Shown: positions 49,315 through 59,630 of the stretch, in pieces
Layout: each line of letters starts with the position of its first letter
Numbering within the stretch: the first letter of the stretch is position 1
Source of the DNA: an uncultured bacterium
GTDB lineage: Bacteria > Oederibacteriota > Oederibacteriia > Oederibacteriales > Oederibacteriaceae
Direction of reading: 5' to 3'
Length of the DNA: 64,000 bases
Assembly: GCA_965112635.1 (NCBI GenBank)
Contig: OZ218778.1
Location: 1,984,001-2,048,000 of the forward strand
Program-made: the position numbers and the translations under genes
Notes under the pieces: model-generated
What the model was told of the DNA's origin: nothing
The model's database searches: none
What the model saw: the letters and a program-made list of their open reading frames with translations, nothing else

Positions 49315-50367
49315 GTGGGAAAAGTTTTGTGTTGGTGTTTGAAAAAACATAAAGACAAAGCTTTTTTCCGCTCCACCTGCCACGGCGCAGCGGATCTGAC
49401 CTTTATCCTAATTTTCTCTTTAGGTATTGCATTTATCCCCGCTGTCTTGCAGGCCGATTTGGTTTCTTTGGCCAATGGTACATCCGTCATTGGAACAGTG
49501 ACCCAAGAGACAACCTATGATATTACCGTCAAGCTTCCCAACGGAAGCGAGCAGGTCATTCCCCGTTCCCAAGTAGCTTGGATAAGCCGTGTCAGCACCA
49601 GCGAAGTGCTTACCTCGGACGGCCAAAAGATCATTGGGGTGATTACCCGGGAAACCTCGGACGGTGTGGTCATGCAAACCCAGGACGGAAGCACCCTTTC
49701 AATCCCCAGGAGCAGTATCACTAATTTGAATCGCGATGCTATAGCGGCGCCCCCTGAAACAAGCTACGAGAGTAACGCTTATAACGTTGAAAACAAGGAC
49801 GCCAACAATGCGGCGAACGGAGAATCTGAGCAGGGTTTAAATGGAGGAAAAATATTCCACATGGTCCTGACATTTAGTCCCGCTGAATTGGCAGTTGGAA
49901 TGTATGACATGGGGTTTGAATTAAGGAGCAACAAGACCTCTTCCCTTGCCTTACGGGTCTCTTACTGGAATTATAATATTACCCCGTCAGTGAATTTTAC
50001 GTCTTTTGGGGTAGACGCGGGGAGCCGACATTATTGGAAATCCAGCGCACCGGATAACCTTTATACCGGCATTTATGCGAGCCTGCTCGACGCGACCCTT
50101 AAGGATACCTACACTACTTATTCCTACTCTAATGGCCAGGAAACGACCAGCAAGTCCACCGACACCGCCACGGGTTGTTTGTTCGGGCCTGCTGCAGATA
50201 CTGGTTTCCAGTGGATCTGGCGGGAGACAGGGCTCACCTTTGATGTTGCGATAGAAGCCGGATACTATTTTGGAAATATCAGCGCTAACGCTGGTTCCTC
50301 TTCGGTGTCAATGCCTTTTGTGGGAATATTGACCAAGTTGCGGCTAGGTCTTGGGTTTGCCTGGTAA
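49315..50367 (+). CDS. outer-membrane beta-barrel protein with duplicated N-terminal beta domain
   Basis: Two repeats (L.NG/DG..I.G....ET...IPRS); alternating beta-strands ending LGLGFAW. Confidence 0.6.
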   Translation: MGKVLCWCLKKHKDKAFFRSTCHGAADLTFILIFSLGIAFIPAVLQADLVSLANGTSVIGTVTQETTYDITVKLPNGSEQVIPRSQVAWISRVSTSEVLTSDGQKIIGVITRETSDGVVMQTQDGSTLSIPRSSITNLNRDAIAAPPETSYESNAYNVENKDANNAANGESEQGLNGGKIFHMVLTFSPAELAVGMYDMGFELRSNKTSSLALRVSYWNYNITPSVNFTSFGVDAGSRHYWKSSAPDNLYTGIYASLLDATLKDTYTTYSYSNGQETTSKSTDTATGCLFGPAADTGFQWIWRETGLTFDVAIEAGYYFGNISANAGSSSVSMPFVGILTKLRLGLGFAW

Positions 50368-50515
50368 GTTATGTTTAATTTTCAACGGTCACGATCAGGG
50401 ATATAAATATGAAGTTACTTTAATTTTTTAAAATGCCCTCGCCAAAAGCGGTTTCTTTAGTTTAAAATACCTTATTCCATTCAGCGTGTATCTTAAATTA
50501 TGAGGGAGAGACGAG

Positions 50516-51547
50516 ATGCTGGCAGCGGTGTTAAAGGATTTCAATAAACTAGTGGTAGAAGAAGTTCCTATGCCGGAGCCCGGAATGGGTGAGGTGATAA
50601 TAAAGATCAAATCCTGCGGCATTTGCGCCACGGACTATAAAGCAGTAAAGGGCATCCGGAAAAACGTGACCTTCCCGTTCATTCCCGGGCATGAACCCTC
50701 AGGAGTAGTGTCCGCTATCGGTCCAGGGGTCAGCGGTTTCAAAACAGGGGACGCGGTGATCGTACAGCCTTCCGGTTACTGTGGACAATGCAAGAATTGC
50801 CGCGAGGGCAAACAGCACTACTGCGAAAACGCTTTTACCACAGGCGGGGACGGGCCCGCGGATGTGAGGCCGGGAGCTTTTGCCGAGTATATGAAAACCC
50901 AGGCCTCCAGCCTTTTTCCCAAGCCTGCCAGTATTTCTTTTGATGCCGCTTCTTTGACAGAACCTCTTTCCGGCTCCTGGAAGGGAGTCATTCAATACAG
51001 CGAGATGCAGGTGGGCGACAATGTGGTGGTCATCGGGGTCGGGAGTATTGGTCTTCTTTGCATGATGGTAGCCAGGGCGGCCGGAGCCGGCACCCTGATC
51101 GCGGTGGACACGAGCGATTACGCCCTGAACAACGCTATGAAATTAGGTGCGACCCATGTTGTTAATCCAAAGAAAGAAGACCCCAAAAAAAGAGTGTATC
51201 AGATCATACCGGAAGGCCCGGACCTGGTAGTGGAAGCCGCAGGGCCGATCCAGGCAGTAAAATTGATGGTGGACCTGAGGCGGCGCGGCACCAGATGGAA
51301 CGTTTTCGGCATCACCACTCCGGAAAAGTTCGAGCTGGAAGGCGGTTTGACGCATTTTCTGGAAGGACGCATGGACGCCAGCTTCGGCACCAACCCCCTG
51401 GCCATGTCCAAAGCCATCCGGTTGATGGAAAAGAACCTCGTGAACACCGAGCAGATCATCTCCCACCGCTTTCCTCTGTCCAAAATTAATGAAGCGATGG
51501 ATATCATGTCCACCCCAGACCACAACAAGATCATCATCAACCCATGA
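50516..51547 (+). CDS. zinc-dependent alcohol/sugar dehydrogenase
   Basis: CGICATD, PGHE, CGQCKNC..HYC, GVGSIG. Confidence 0.92.
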   Translation: MLAAVLKDFNKLVVEEVPMPEPGMGEVIIKIKSCGICATDYKAVKGIRKNVTFPFIPGHEPSGVVSAIGPGVSGFKTGDAVIVQPSGYCGQCKNCREGKQHYCENAFTTGGDGPADVRPGAFAEYMKTQASSLFPKPASISFDAASLTEPLSGSWKGVIQYSEMQVGDNVVVIGVGSIGLLCMMVARAAGAGTLIAVDTSDYALNNAMKLGATHVVNPKKEDPKKRVYQIIPEGPDLVVEAAGPIQAVKLMVDLRRRGTRWNVFGITTPEKFELEGGLTHFLEGRMDASFGTNPLAMSKAIRLMEKNLVNTEQIISHRFPLSKINEAMDIMSTPDHNKIIINP

Positions 51548-52516
51548 AAGCCTTTGTCAACACCGCTCCCCATAAATTGGAACTCCGGGAAATTCCTTTG
51601 CCCCAGCCGGGACCAGGCCAGGTGCGCATCCGTACCGGAGCCTGCGGTATCTGTGCCACAGACTTGCTGATGATCGCGGGCTGGGAGCGCACTGGGTTCC
51701 CCTGCATACCCGGACACGAATGGTCTGGGACCTGTGGACAGCCTGGGGCCGGGCGTGGACCCTAAATATCTGGGCCAGCGCTGCGTGGCCTACAATGTCC
51801 TGAAAGACGGCGGGGAAGTGGGCTTCGAGCACCCGGGAGGATACGCCGAGTTTTTCCTCACCGAGGCGGGAAACCTTCAGGTGCTAGCCGGGGACTTTCC
51901 CCTGAGCCGGGCGGCCCTGATCGAACCCCTGGCCGTGTGTGTGCGGGGGATGAAGCGCCTGGGAATGAGGGACAAAAGTTCCTGCCTCGTGTTCGGGGAC
52001 GGGCCCATAGGTTTTTTGATGCTCATGCTGCTGAAACGCCAGGGGCTGAAAAATGTCTGCCTGGTGGGCGGTCGCAGGGAAAGGCTGGAACTGGCCGGAG
52101 AACTCGGGGCCGGGCAAACCCTGAACTACCATGAGTTAAAAGGAGACCTGGCCAGGGAGATCAACAAGCGCTGCGGGGCGCGGTTTGCCAATGTCATAGA
52201 GTCTTCTGGTTCGGCGGCGGCCTTAAAAGCAAGCATAGAACTTGTCCAAACCGCAGGCAAGATACTGGTGATAGGCGATTACGGGACCAGTTGCGCCGAT
52301 TTTCCCTGGAACGACCTGCTGCACCAGGAAATGGAACTCATCGGCAGCAACGCCAGTGCCGGAGCGTGGCCAGAGGCGGTCTCCCTGGCCACGGCCAACA
52401 CACTCAGCTTGGACCGCTTGATCACCCACAAGCTACCCGCTTCCCAATGGCTGGAAGCAGTGGAACTAGTGCGCGGTAAAAGGGAAAACGTATTCAAAGT
52501 GGTCTTGGAGTGGTGA
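51544..52516 (+). pseudogene. zinc-dependent dehydrogenase, frameshifted
   Basis: CGICATD, PGHEWSGT then an extra T at 51733; removing it gives HEWSGTVDSLGPG; GDGPIG. Confidence 0.8.
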
Positions 52517-52570
52517 AGATCAATGAAACAGCGGGAAAAACCGGCCCGCGGGCCTGGATCTTTTGGTTAC

Positions 52571-52599
52571 TTGACAAAAATAAGGGCGTTTTGTAAAGT
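52571..52599 (+). promoter_or_regulatory. sigma70-type promoter of the yceD-rpmF-fab operon
   Basis: TTGACA-N17-TAAAGT. Confidence 0.6.
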
Positions 52600-52752
52600 A
52601 GCCCAACTACTGCCGTAGTTCTCAAAAAGCATTCAGCCAGCTATGCTGGCTGACCAAAGGAGTCCCCATACGGGGACTGAAAAGAGTAACCTCCTTTGGA
52701 ATCCTCTCGGAAAGGAAGCTGGTTATTGTAATAGCGCTTATGCGCTACCCCG

Positions 52753-53229
52753 ATGAGAATAAATATAGCGTTGCTCAGTGCTGAACCAAAGGAATTTAAT
52801 AACGTAGAAACAGCGGATACGCTGCACTGGTCCGATCCTGAGGCCAGTTTGGCCGGCCCCGTGGCCGTGAATCTGCAAGTTTGGAAAAAGGACCCCAAAA
52901 CCTATATCGTTTCAGGGGGAGCCAAGGGCAAGGTCGAGCTTGTGTGCAGCCGCTGCGCCGAGACTTATACCACCGAGGTCAAAAGCGACCTGGACCTGGA
53001 ATTCCGCCAGGGCACGGAAAAGAAATTGACCGGAGATGTCGAGGTCACCGAAGAGCTGGCCAAAAGATGCTTTTTCGAGGGGGCGTTTTTTGACCCGGCA
53101 GAAGATATCAGGCAAAGCCTGGTGTTGGGCCTGCCGATGAAGCCTTTGTGCAAGGTAGATTGCAAAGGATTGTGCCAGAAGTGCAGGAAAAATCTGAATA
53201 CCGGCCAATGCCGGTGCAGCAAGGCTTAA
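52753..53229 (+). CDS. yceD: YceD/DUF177 family protein
   Basis: CSRC..; LPMKPLCKVDCKGLCQKCRKNLN; upstream of rpmF. Confidence 0.9.
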   Translation: MRINIALLSAEPKEFNNVETADTLHWSDPEASLAGPVAVNLQVWKKDPKTYIVSGGAKGKVELVCSRCAETYTTEVKSDLDLEFRQGTEKKLTGDVEVTEELAKRCFFEGAFFDPAEDIRQSLVLGLPMKPLCKVDCKGLCQKCRKNLNTGQCRCSKA

Positions 53230-53252
53230 TTTAAAATAGAAGAGGAGCAGTC

Positions 53253-53423
53253 ATGGCAAACCCAAAGCGTCGTCATTCCAGGACCCGCAGAGATAAAAGA
53301 AGGGCGAATTGGAAGCTTGTCCCGCCGCAACTTTCGCTCTGTCCCCAGTGCCACGAGCCTAAGATGCCACACGTTATGTGCAAGAACTGTGGCTATTACA
53401 ACGGGAAACAGGTCATATCCTAA
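53253..53423 (+). CDS. rpmF: 50S ribosomal protein L32 (missing from the ORF track, 56 aa)
   Basis: MANPKRRHSRTRRDKRRANWKL..CPQC..KMPHVMCKNCGYYNGKQV. Confidence 0.97.
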   Translation: MANPKRRHSRTRRDKRRANWKLVPPQLSLCPQCHEPKMPHVMCKNCGYYNGKQVIS

Positions 53424-53446
53424 GCCAACCCAAGGAGGCTTTTATT

Positions 53447-54484
53447 CTGCCAGCCCAGTCTAAAGGCAGTCTAACCATTGCCTTGGATGCCATGGGAGGG
53501 GATAACTCGCCATCGGTCGAGGTCCAAGGAGCCGTGGAAGCGGTCAAGGAATTTCCCGGCCTTCACATCCTGCTGGTCGGCCAGGAAGAGGCGGTCAGAA
53601 AAGAGGTCCTCAGGCACCACGCCAGCCATCTTCCGCTTTCCATTGTTCCCGCGAGCGAAGTCATCTCCATGTCCGAATCGCCTATGGCCGCCATCAAAAC
53701 AAAAAAGAACTCGTCCCTGGTCGTCACCGCCAACCTGGCCAAGGCCCATAAAGCCGAAGCCATGGTCTCGGCGGGCAACACCGGAGCCACCATGGCGGCA
53801 GCCCTGATGTCCCTGGGCAGGATCAAGGGGGTCAGCAGGCCGGCCATTGCCACGCCCATGCCGTCTTTGGACGGCGGCAGCGTGTTCCTGGATGCCGGAG
53901 CCAACGTGGATTGCAAGCCGCCCTATCTGCTGGAATTCGCCGTGATGGGCAACATCTACGCCAGGGAGATCCTGAAAAAAGCCAATCCCCGGGTGGGGCT
54001 CCTCAATATCGGCGAAGAGCGGGGCAAGGGCAATCTCCTGGTGCAGGAGGCTTTACCTCTGTTCGAAAAGGCGTCGTTCAACTTCATCGGCAACGTGGAA
54101 GGCCGGGATATCATCAACGGGAAATGCGATGTCATCGTATGCGACGGTTTTATCGGCAATGTGGTCCTAAAATTCGGGGAGGGTCTGGCCAAGATCATCT
54201 TCGATGAGATCCGCAAAGGAATCATGTCCAATGTGTTCACCAAACTGGGCGGACTGCTGGTCAGGCCGGCTTTTAAAAACCTGAGGAAGAAAATGGACTA
54301 CAGCGAGTACGGCGGGGCGCCCCTCTTGGGCGTCAACGGCATCTGCATCATTTGCCACGGCAGTTCGTCTCCCAAGGCGATCAAGAACGCGTTGCGGGTC
54401 GCTTCGGAGTTCGTGCGCCACCACGTCAACGACCACATCAGAGAAGACATCAAGAGGTTAGAGGAAAGTCCTGCCCATGGCTGA
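53447..54484 (+). CDS. plsX: phosphate acyltransferase PlsX
   Basis: IALDAMGGD, SAGNTGA, DAGANVD, GNVEGRD, GGAPLLGVNG..HG; start inferred from the RBS. Confidence 0.95.
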   Translation: MPAQSKGSLTIALDAMGGDNSPSVEVQGAVEAVKEFPGLHILLVGQEEAVRKEVLRHHASHLPLSIVPASEVISMSESPMAAIKTKKNSSLVVTANLAKAHKAEAMVSAGNTGATMAAALMSLGRIKGVSRPAIATPMPSLDGGSVFLDAGANVDCKPPYLLEFAVMGNIYAREILKKANPRVGLLNIGEERGKGNLLVQEALPLFEKASFNFIGNVEGRDIINGKCDVIVCDGFIGNVVLKFGEGLAKIIFDEIRKGIMSNVFTKLGGLLVRPAFKNLRKKMDYSEYGGAPLLGVNGICIICHGSSSPKAIKNALRVASEFVRHHVNDHIREDIKRLEESPAHG

Positions 54485-55487
54485 GAAAATCATTGCCGGC
54501 ATTACAGGCATCGGGAGCTACGTCCCCAAAAAAGTTTTGACCAATGCTGACCTAGAAAAGATCGTAGATACCACCGATGAATGGATCAAAACCAGGACCG
54601 GTATTGAGGAGCGGCACATTGCCGACAAGGATGAGGCAACTTCTGATATGGCCGTCAAGGCGGCCCATCTGGCTTTAAAGGACGCAAAGGTCAGCGCCGC
54701 TGACCTGGACCTCATCATCGTGGCTACTGTCACTCCGGACAACCTGTTTCCTCCGACTGCCTGCTTAGTCCAGCACCAGATCAAAGCCACCAAGGCCGCT
54801 GCTTTTGACCTGGAGGCAGCTTGCCCTGGTTTTGTGTACGGTCTGACCATAGCAACCCAGTTTATTCAGGCGGGTTTTTATAAAACAATACTCATTATAG
54901 GGGCAGAGAAGCTTTCCGCTATCACCAACTGGAAAGACAGATCTACCTGCGTGCTGCTGGGGGATGGAGCCGGAGCAGTGGTGGTCCAAGCTGTTGCGGG
55001 AAACAACGGTATCCTGTCCTGCTATCTGGCGGCGGACGGGGCAGGGGGGGAGTTTTTGCAGATGCCTGGGGGGGGCTCCCGCCATCCCGCCACGGTGGAA
55101 ACTGTTGAGAAGGGTATGCATTTTCTGCAAATGAACGGCAGGGAAGTTTACAAAATGGCCGCCAAGGTGATGGTGGAGGGAATCCATTCAGTAGTGCAAA
55201 GAGGCGGATATGCCATCGGCGACCTGCAATGGATATTTCCCCACCAAGCCAATATACGTATCATAGAAGCCCTAGCCGAAAAAATAGATATTCCTAAAGA
55301 GCGCATTTATATCAATATCCAAAAATACGGCAATACTTCCGCGGCCTCGATCCCATTGGCCTTAGATGAAGCCTACCAACAAGGCAAACTTAAACCCGGC
55401 GATTTGATCACTCTGGTTTCCTTTGGCAGCGGTTTTGTCTGGGGAGCCGTATTGCTGCGCTGGTGCAAGCCAGTTCATCGGTCCTAA
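54477..55487 (+). CDS. fabH: beta-ketoacyl-ACP synthase III
   Basis: DTTDEWIKTRTGI, AACPGF, PHQAN, YGNTSAASIP. Confidence 0.96.
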   Translation: MAEKIIAGITGIGSYVPKKVLTNADLEKIVDTTDEWIKTRTGIEERHIADKDEATSDMAVKAAHLALKDAKVSAADLDLIIVATVTPDNLFPPTACLVQHQIKATKAAAFDLEAACPGFVYGLTIATQFIQAGFYKTILIIGAEKLSAITNWKDRSTCVLLGDGAGAVVVQAVAGNNGILSCYLAADGAGGEFLQMPGGGSRHPATVETVEKGMHFLQMNGREVYKMAAKVMVEGIHSVVQRGGYAIGDLQWIFPHQANIRIIEALAEKIDIPKERIYINIQKYGNTSAASIPLALDEAYQQGKLKPGDLITLVSFGSGFVWGAVLLRWCKPVHRS

Positions 55488-55500
55488 TCTGGAGGAGAAT

Positions 55501-56427
55501 CTGAAAACCGCCTTTATTTTTCCGGGACAGGGCTCCCAGTATGTGGGGATGGGCAAAACCTTTTATGACAACTCCAGCGAAGCCCGTTCCTGCTTCGAGC
55601 AGGCCGATAAGATCCTGGGTTTTTCTCTAAGCGCCTTGTGCTTCCAGGGGCCGGAAGAACAGCTGCGCCAGACCGAGAACGCCCAGCCGGCTTTATTCGT
55701 GGTGTCAGCCATTGCCACCTTACTCCTCAAGGCCAAAGGAATCAAACCCGACCTGGTGGCCGGACACAGTCTTGGGGAGTGTACGGCTTTGTGGGCAGCC
55801 GGGGCGTTTGATTTTGAGCAGGGTGTGCGGCTGGTCAGGAAAAGAGGCTCCATCATGGCTGAGGCAGGAAAGAAAAATCCCGGGTCCATGGCCGCTATTC
55901 TGGGATTAGACTCCCAAGCCGTCGCTGACCTTTGCCGGGAATGCTCGGATGCCGGGATCGTTGAGCCGGCCAATTATAACTGCCCGGGCCAAGTCGTTAT
56001 TTCCGGTCATAAACAGGCAGTGGCAAAGGCAATGGAAAAGGCCAAAGAAAAAGGCGCGGCCAAGGTCGTTGCTCTGGCGGTCAGCGGAGCTTTCCATTCA
56101 AAATTGCTGGAGGAAGCATCCGAAGAATTCGGCGAATTTCTTGGGACTTTTCCTTTTCAAGCTCCCAATGTTGGAGTTGTTTCCAATGCCAGGGCTGATT
56201 TTGTCAGGACCCCGGAGGCTATCCGGCAGGCCCTGAAAGAACAACTAAAATCGACGGTCCGCTGGGAAGAATGCGTCAAAAAGCTTAAAGAAAACGGGGT
56301 CGACCAGTTCTTCGAGGCTGGCGCGGGAAAGGTCCTGACAGGCTTACTAAAAAGGATAGATAAGGCCTCGAAATGCTATTATATTGGCGAATGGGAAGAC
56401 TTGGCTGATTTGGGAGCGAGACCTTAG
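55501..56427 (+). CDS. fabD: malonyl-CoA:ACP transacylase
   Basis: KTAFIFPGQGSQ, AGHSLGE, VSGAFHS; start inferred at CTG after GGAGG. Confidence 0.95.
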   Translation: MKTAFIFPGQGSQYVGMGKTFYDNSSEARSCFEQADKILGFSLSALCFQGPEEQLRQTENAQPALFVVSAIATLLLKAKGIKPDLVAGHSLGECTALWAAGAFDFEQGVRLVRKRGSIMAEAGKKNPGSMAAILGLDSQAVADLCRECSDAGIVEPANYNCPGQVVISGHKQAVAKAMEKAKEKGAAKVVALAVSGAFHSKLLEEASEEFGEFLGTFPFQAPNVGVVSNARADFVRTPEAIRQALKEQLKSTVRWEECVKKLKENGVDQFFEAGAGKVLTGLLKRIDKASKCYYIGEWEDLADLGARP

Positions 56428-56446
56428 CAGGAGAGAGGAGTTAGTG

Positions 56447-57181
56447 ATGAAATTGGAGAACAAAGTTGCTTTGGTGACTGGCGCGTCCAGGGGTATTGGC
56501 AAGGCTATCAGTCTGGCCTTGGCTAAAGAGGGCGCGGATTTGGCCCTTATCGATCTGGGCAATATGGACGAGGTCGCCCAGGAAGTCACGGCTTTGGGCC
56601 GACAGGTTTTTTGTTTCCAGGCCGACATAAGCCAGGAAGAACAAGTAAAATCAGCTGTAGATGCTATACTTGACAAATTAAAACGCGTGGATATACTCAT
56701 AAACAATGCGGGGGTCACCAGGGACAATTTGCTCCTGCGTATGAGCGTGGAAGAATGGGAAACTGTAATAAATATCAACCTTAAAGGGGCTTTTCTCTGC
56801 ACCAAGGCGGTTTCCCGGGTAATGCTCAAACAAAAAAGCGGTAGGATCGTCAATATTGCCTCGGTCATCGGTCTGATGGGCAATGCAGGCCAGGCTAATT
56901 ATGCCGCTTCCAAAGCCGGCTTGATAGGTTTTACCAAATCTTGCGCTAAAGAGCTGGCGTCCAGACAAATTACAGTAAACGCGATCGCTCCGGGTTTTAT
57001 TGAGACCCAGATGACCAAAGGTATGTCCGAAGACGTGAGAAAAGCCTTGTTGGAGCTTATTCCTCAAAAGCGCCTGGGGCAGCCGGAGGACGTGGCTAAA
57101 GCAGTTGTTTTTCTGGCTTCCGATGACGCGGCGTATATTACTGGTGAAGTGGTCAGGGTAGACGGCGGAATGGTGATGTAA
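56447..57181 (+). CDS. fabG: 3-oxoacyl-ACP reductase
   Basis: TGASRGIG, NNAG, YAASK, DGGMVM. Confidence 0.96.
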   Translation: MKLENKVALVTGASRGIGKAISLALAKEGADLALIDLGNMDEVAQEVTALGRQVFCFQADISQEEQVKSAVDAILDKLKRVDILINNAGVTRDNLLLRMSVEEWETVININLKGAFLCTKAVSRVMLKQKSGRIVNIASVIGLMGNAGQANYAASKAGLIGFTKSCAKELASRQITVNAIAPGFIETQMTKGMSEDVRKALLELIPQKRLGQPEDVAKAVVFLASDDAAYITGEVVRVDGGMVM

Positions 57182-57239
57182 GGGTTCGAGCTACAAAGAA
57201 CGGTGCCAAATTTGATGATGAAAGCGAGGGGCAATAAAG

Positions 57240-57479
57240 ATGGCCGTTGAAGATAAAGTAAAAGAAATCATAATCGATCAGCTGGGGGTTGCCGCCAACG
57301 AGGTCACTCCTGAGGCTTCTTTTGTTGACGATCTGGGGGCGGATTCCCTGGATACCGTGGAGCTGGTCATGGCTCTGGAAGAGGAGTTTGACCTGGAGAT
57401 CCCGGACGAAGAAGCTGAAAAAATCAAAACCGTCGGAGAGGCGATTGACTATATCAAAAAGCACTCCGCGGCTTCGTAA
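57240..57479 (+). CDS. acpP: acyl carrier protein
   Basis: [20 protein letters not shown]. Confidence 0.98.
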   Translation: MAVEDKVKEIIIDQLGVAANEVTPEASFVDDLGADSLDTVELVMALEEEFDLEIPDEEAEKIKTVGEAIDYIKKHSAAS

Positions 57480-57500
57480 GAAGTTGTTTCGCTTAGGATG

Positions 57501-57540
57501 AAAAATCGGGGCTAAAGGTTTTAGCCCCGTTTTTTTATTT
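57501..57540 (+). terminator. intrinsic terminator after acpP
   Basis: CGGGGCTAAA ggt TTTAGCCCCG followed by a T-run. Confidence 0.85.
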
Positions 57541-57589
57541 ATGGACAAAATTGTTCAGAAGATCCCATGGAAAAAAGTGAGCTGAGGAA

Positions 57590-58837
57590 ATGAACCAAAA
57601 TATCAGAGTCGTGGTGACCGGCCTGGGGGCGATAACGCCCGTCGGCAATGATGTCCAGTCCTTCTGGGAGGGCATCTGCGAGGGAAAGAGCGGAGTGGGG
57701 AAGATCACCCTTTTTGATTCCACGAAGTTTGATTGCCACATCGCAGCAGAGGTCAAAGGGTTCAATCCCGAAAACTTCATGGAAAAGAAAGAGGCGCGCC
57801 GGTTCGACAGGTTCATCCAGTTCGCCCTGGCTGCTTCTCAGATGGCGGTAGATGACGCCAAGTTGAATATGACCCAGGAGGATGCGCACCGGGTCGGAGT
57901 GCTGCTTGGATCGGGTATCGGCGGCATCAAATACTTCGAAGACCAGTGCAAGGTCCTGTTTGAAAAAGGACCGAGCAGGATCAGCCCCTTCTTGATCCCC
58001 ATGCTGATCGTCAATATGGCCTCGGGTTTGGTCTCTATACGGGTAGGCGCAAAAGGAGCCAATCTGGCCGTGGCTACGGCCTGCGCTTCGGCATCCCATG
58101 CCATCGGGGTCTCCTATGATATTTTGAAAAAAGGAGATGTTCAGGTCATGATCACCGGAGGTTCGGAAGCGGCGATCTGCCAGGTCGGCATCGGCGGATT
58201 TTGCGCGATGGGTGCCTTGTCTCTTAGGAACGACGCTCCCGAGAAGGCCAGCCGGCCCTTTGAAAAGAACAGGGATGGTTTTGTGATGGGCGAAGGCGCC
58301 GGGATCGTAGTGCTGGAAACTTTAGACCACGCGGTCAAAAGAGGAGCCAAGATCTACGCGGAAGTGGTGGGATTTGGCATGAGCGGAGACGCCTATCATA
58401 TGACCGCCCCGAGCGAAGACGGAGAGGGCGCGATCCATTGCATGCAGATGGCGATGAAAGAAGCAAGAGTATCCCCGGCCCAAGTCCAGTATATCAATGC
58501 CCATGGGACTTCCACGCTCTTGAATGACAAGATCGAGACCCTGGCGATCAAAAAGATCTTTGCGGAACAGGCCGGGCAGGTAGCGGTCAGCTCGACGAAA
58601 TCCACTACCGGGCACCTGCTGGGTGCCTCTGGCGGTGTCGAATTTATCGCCTCGGTCCTTGCTATCACGCATGGCGTCCTTCCTCCGACTGTGAACTACG
58701 AGGAAAAGGACCCCGATTGCGACCTGGATTATGTTCCCAATAAGGCAAGAAAAAAGGACGTCGAGATGGCGCTATCCAACTCTTTTGGTTTTGGTGGTCA
58801 TAATGTTACCCTCGCTGTTAAAAAATATAGGGTTTAA
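57590..58837 (+). CDS. fabF: beta-ketoacyl-ACP synthase II
   Basis: RVVVTGLG, TACAS, INAHGTST, GHLLGA, NSFGFGGHN. Confidence 0.97.
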   Translation: MNQNIRVVVTGLGAITPVGNDVQSFWEGICEGKSGVGKITLFDSTKFDCHIAAEVKGFNPENFMEKKEARRFDRFIQFALAASQMAVDDAKLNMTQEDAHRVGVLLGSGIGGIKYFEDQCKVLFEKGPSRISPFLIPMLIVNMASGLVSIRVGAKGANLAVATACASASHAIGVSYDILKKGDVQVMITGGSEAAICQVGIGGFCAMGALSLRNDAPEKASRPFEKNRDGFVMGEGAGIVVLETLDHAVKRGAKIYAEVVGFGMSGDAYHMTAPSEDGEGAIHCMQMAMKEARVSPAQVQYINAHGTSTLLNDKIETLAIKKIFAEQAGQVAVSSTKSTTGHLLGASGGVEFIASVLAITHGVLPPTVNYEEKDPDCDLDYVPNKARKKDVEMALSNSFGFGGHNVTLAVKKYRV

Positions 58838-59612
58838 AAGAAGCCAGTCCTCGGTCAGCCCAGAGAGGAAGAAGGTCCTTCTGGAGCTCAAAAAAAAGCT
58901 GGGCCTGAATATCAAAGACCTGGACCTTCTGGAAAAATCTTTCAGGCATTCTTCTTATGTCCATGAGAAAAAGATGCCCGGGACCTCCAACGAGACCCTG
59001 GAGTTCTTTGGGGATTCTGTCCTAGGGCTGGTCGTCAGTGAATATCTGTATAAAAACTTTCCGACCCTGACCGAAGGTGACCTGTCCCAATTGAAATCTG
59101 TGGTCGTCAGCGCCGCAATCCTGGCCAAAAAAGCGAGGGAAATGGAGCTGGGAAAGTATTTGTTGCTGGGTAAAGGGGAGGAGCAAAGCGGGGCCAGGGA
59201 AAGGGGAACCTTGCTGGCGGACACCCTGGAAGCTTTGATTGGAGCGTTGTACCTGGACGGCGAATTGAAGGCGGTCCGGCCGTTCATACTGCAGCAATTC
59301 TCCAAGGAGATCGAAAAAGTTTACGGCGAGGGCCAATGGCAGGATTATAAAAGTTTGCTGCAGGAGATGAGTCAGCGTAAGTGGCGGGTCCCGCCCTACT
59401 ACCATGTCATTGCCGCTCACGGCCCTGACCACGACAAGACTTTCGTGGTGCGTGTTTCCATCCGGGATAAAGTGTTCGGGGTCGGCCGGGGTAAAAGCAA
59501 AAAAGAAGCGGAACAGATCGCGGCCCGGAAAGCTTTGGGCCATATAAAAATGGACAGCCATGAGCCGGCCAAAGGGACTGCACCCAGGCCCACAGGGAAT
59601 CACAATCCATGA
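58803..59612 (+). CDS. rnc: ribonuclease III
   Basis: HSSY, NETLEFFGDSVL, ADTLEALIGA, dsRBD DYKSLLQE..GKSKKEAEQ; start approximate. Confidence 0.95.
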   Translation: MLPSLLKNIGFKRSQSSVSPERKKVLLELKKKLGLNIKDLDLLEKSFRHSSYVHEKKMPGTSNETLEFFGDSVLGLVVSEYLYKNFPTLTEGDLSQLKSVVVSAAILAKKAREMELGKYLLLGKGEEQSGARERGTLLADTLEALIGALYLDGELKAVRPFILQQFSKEIEKVYGEGQWQDYKSLLQEMSQRKWRVPPYYHVIAAHGPDHDKTFVVRVSIRDKVFGVGRGKSKKEAEQIAARKALGHIKMDSHEPAKGTAPRPTGNHNP

Positions 59613-59630
59613 GGAAGGGAGCTAAGGCCA

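Noticed and set aside
52654-52722. Glycine riboswitch
   Set aside because: GAGTAACC..GGAATCCTCTCGG is only loosely similar; GGAGAG, CCGAAG and CTCTCAGG are not intact and the gene context does not fit.
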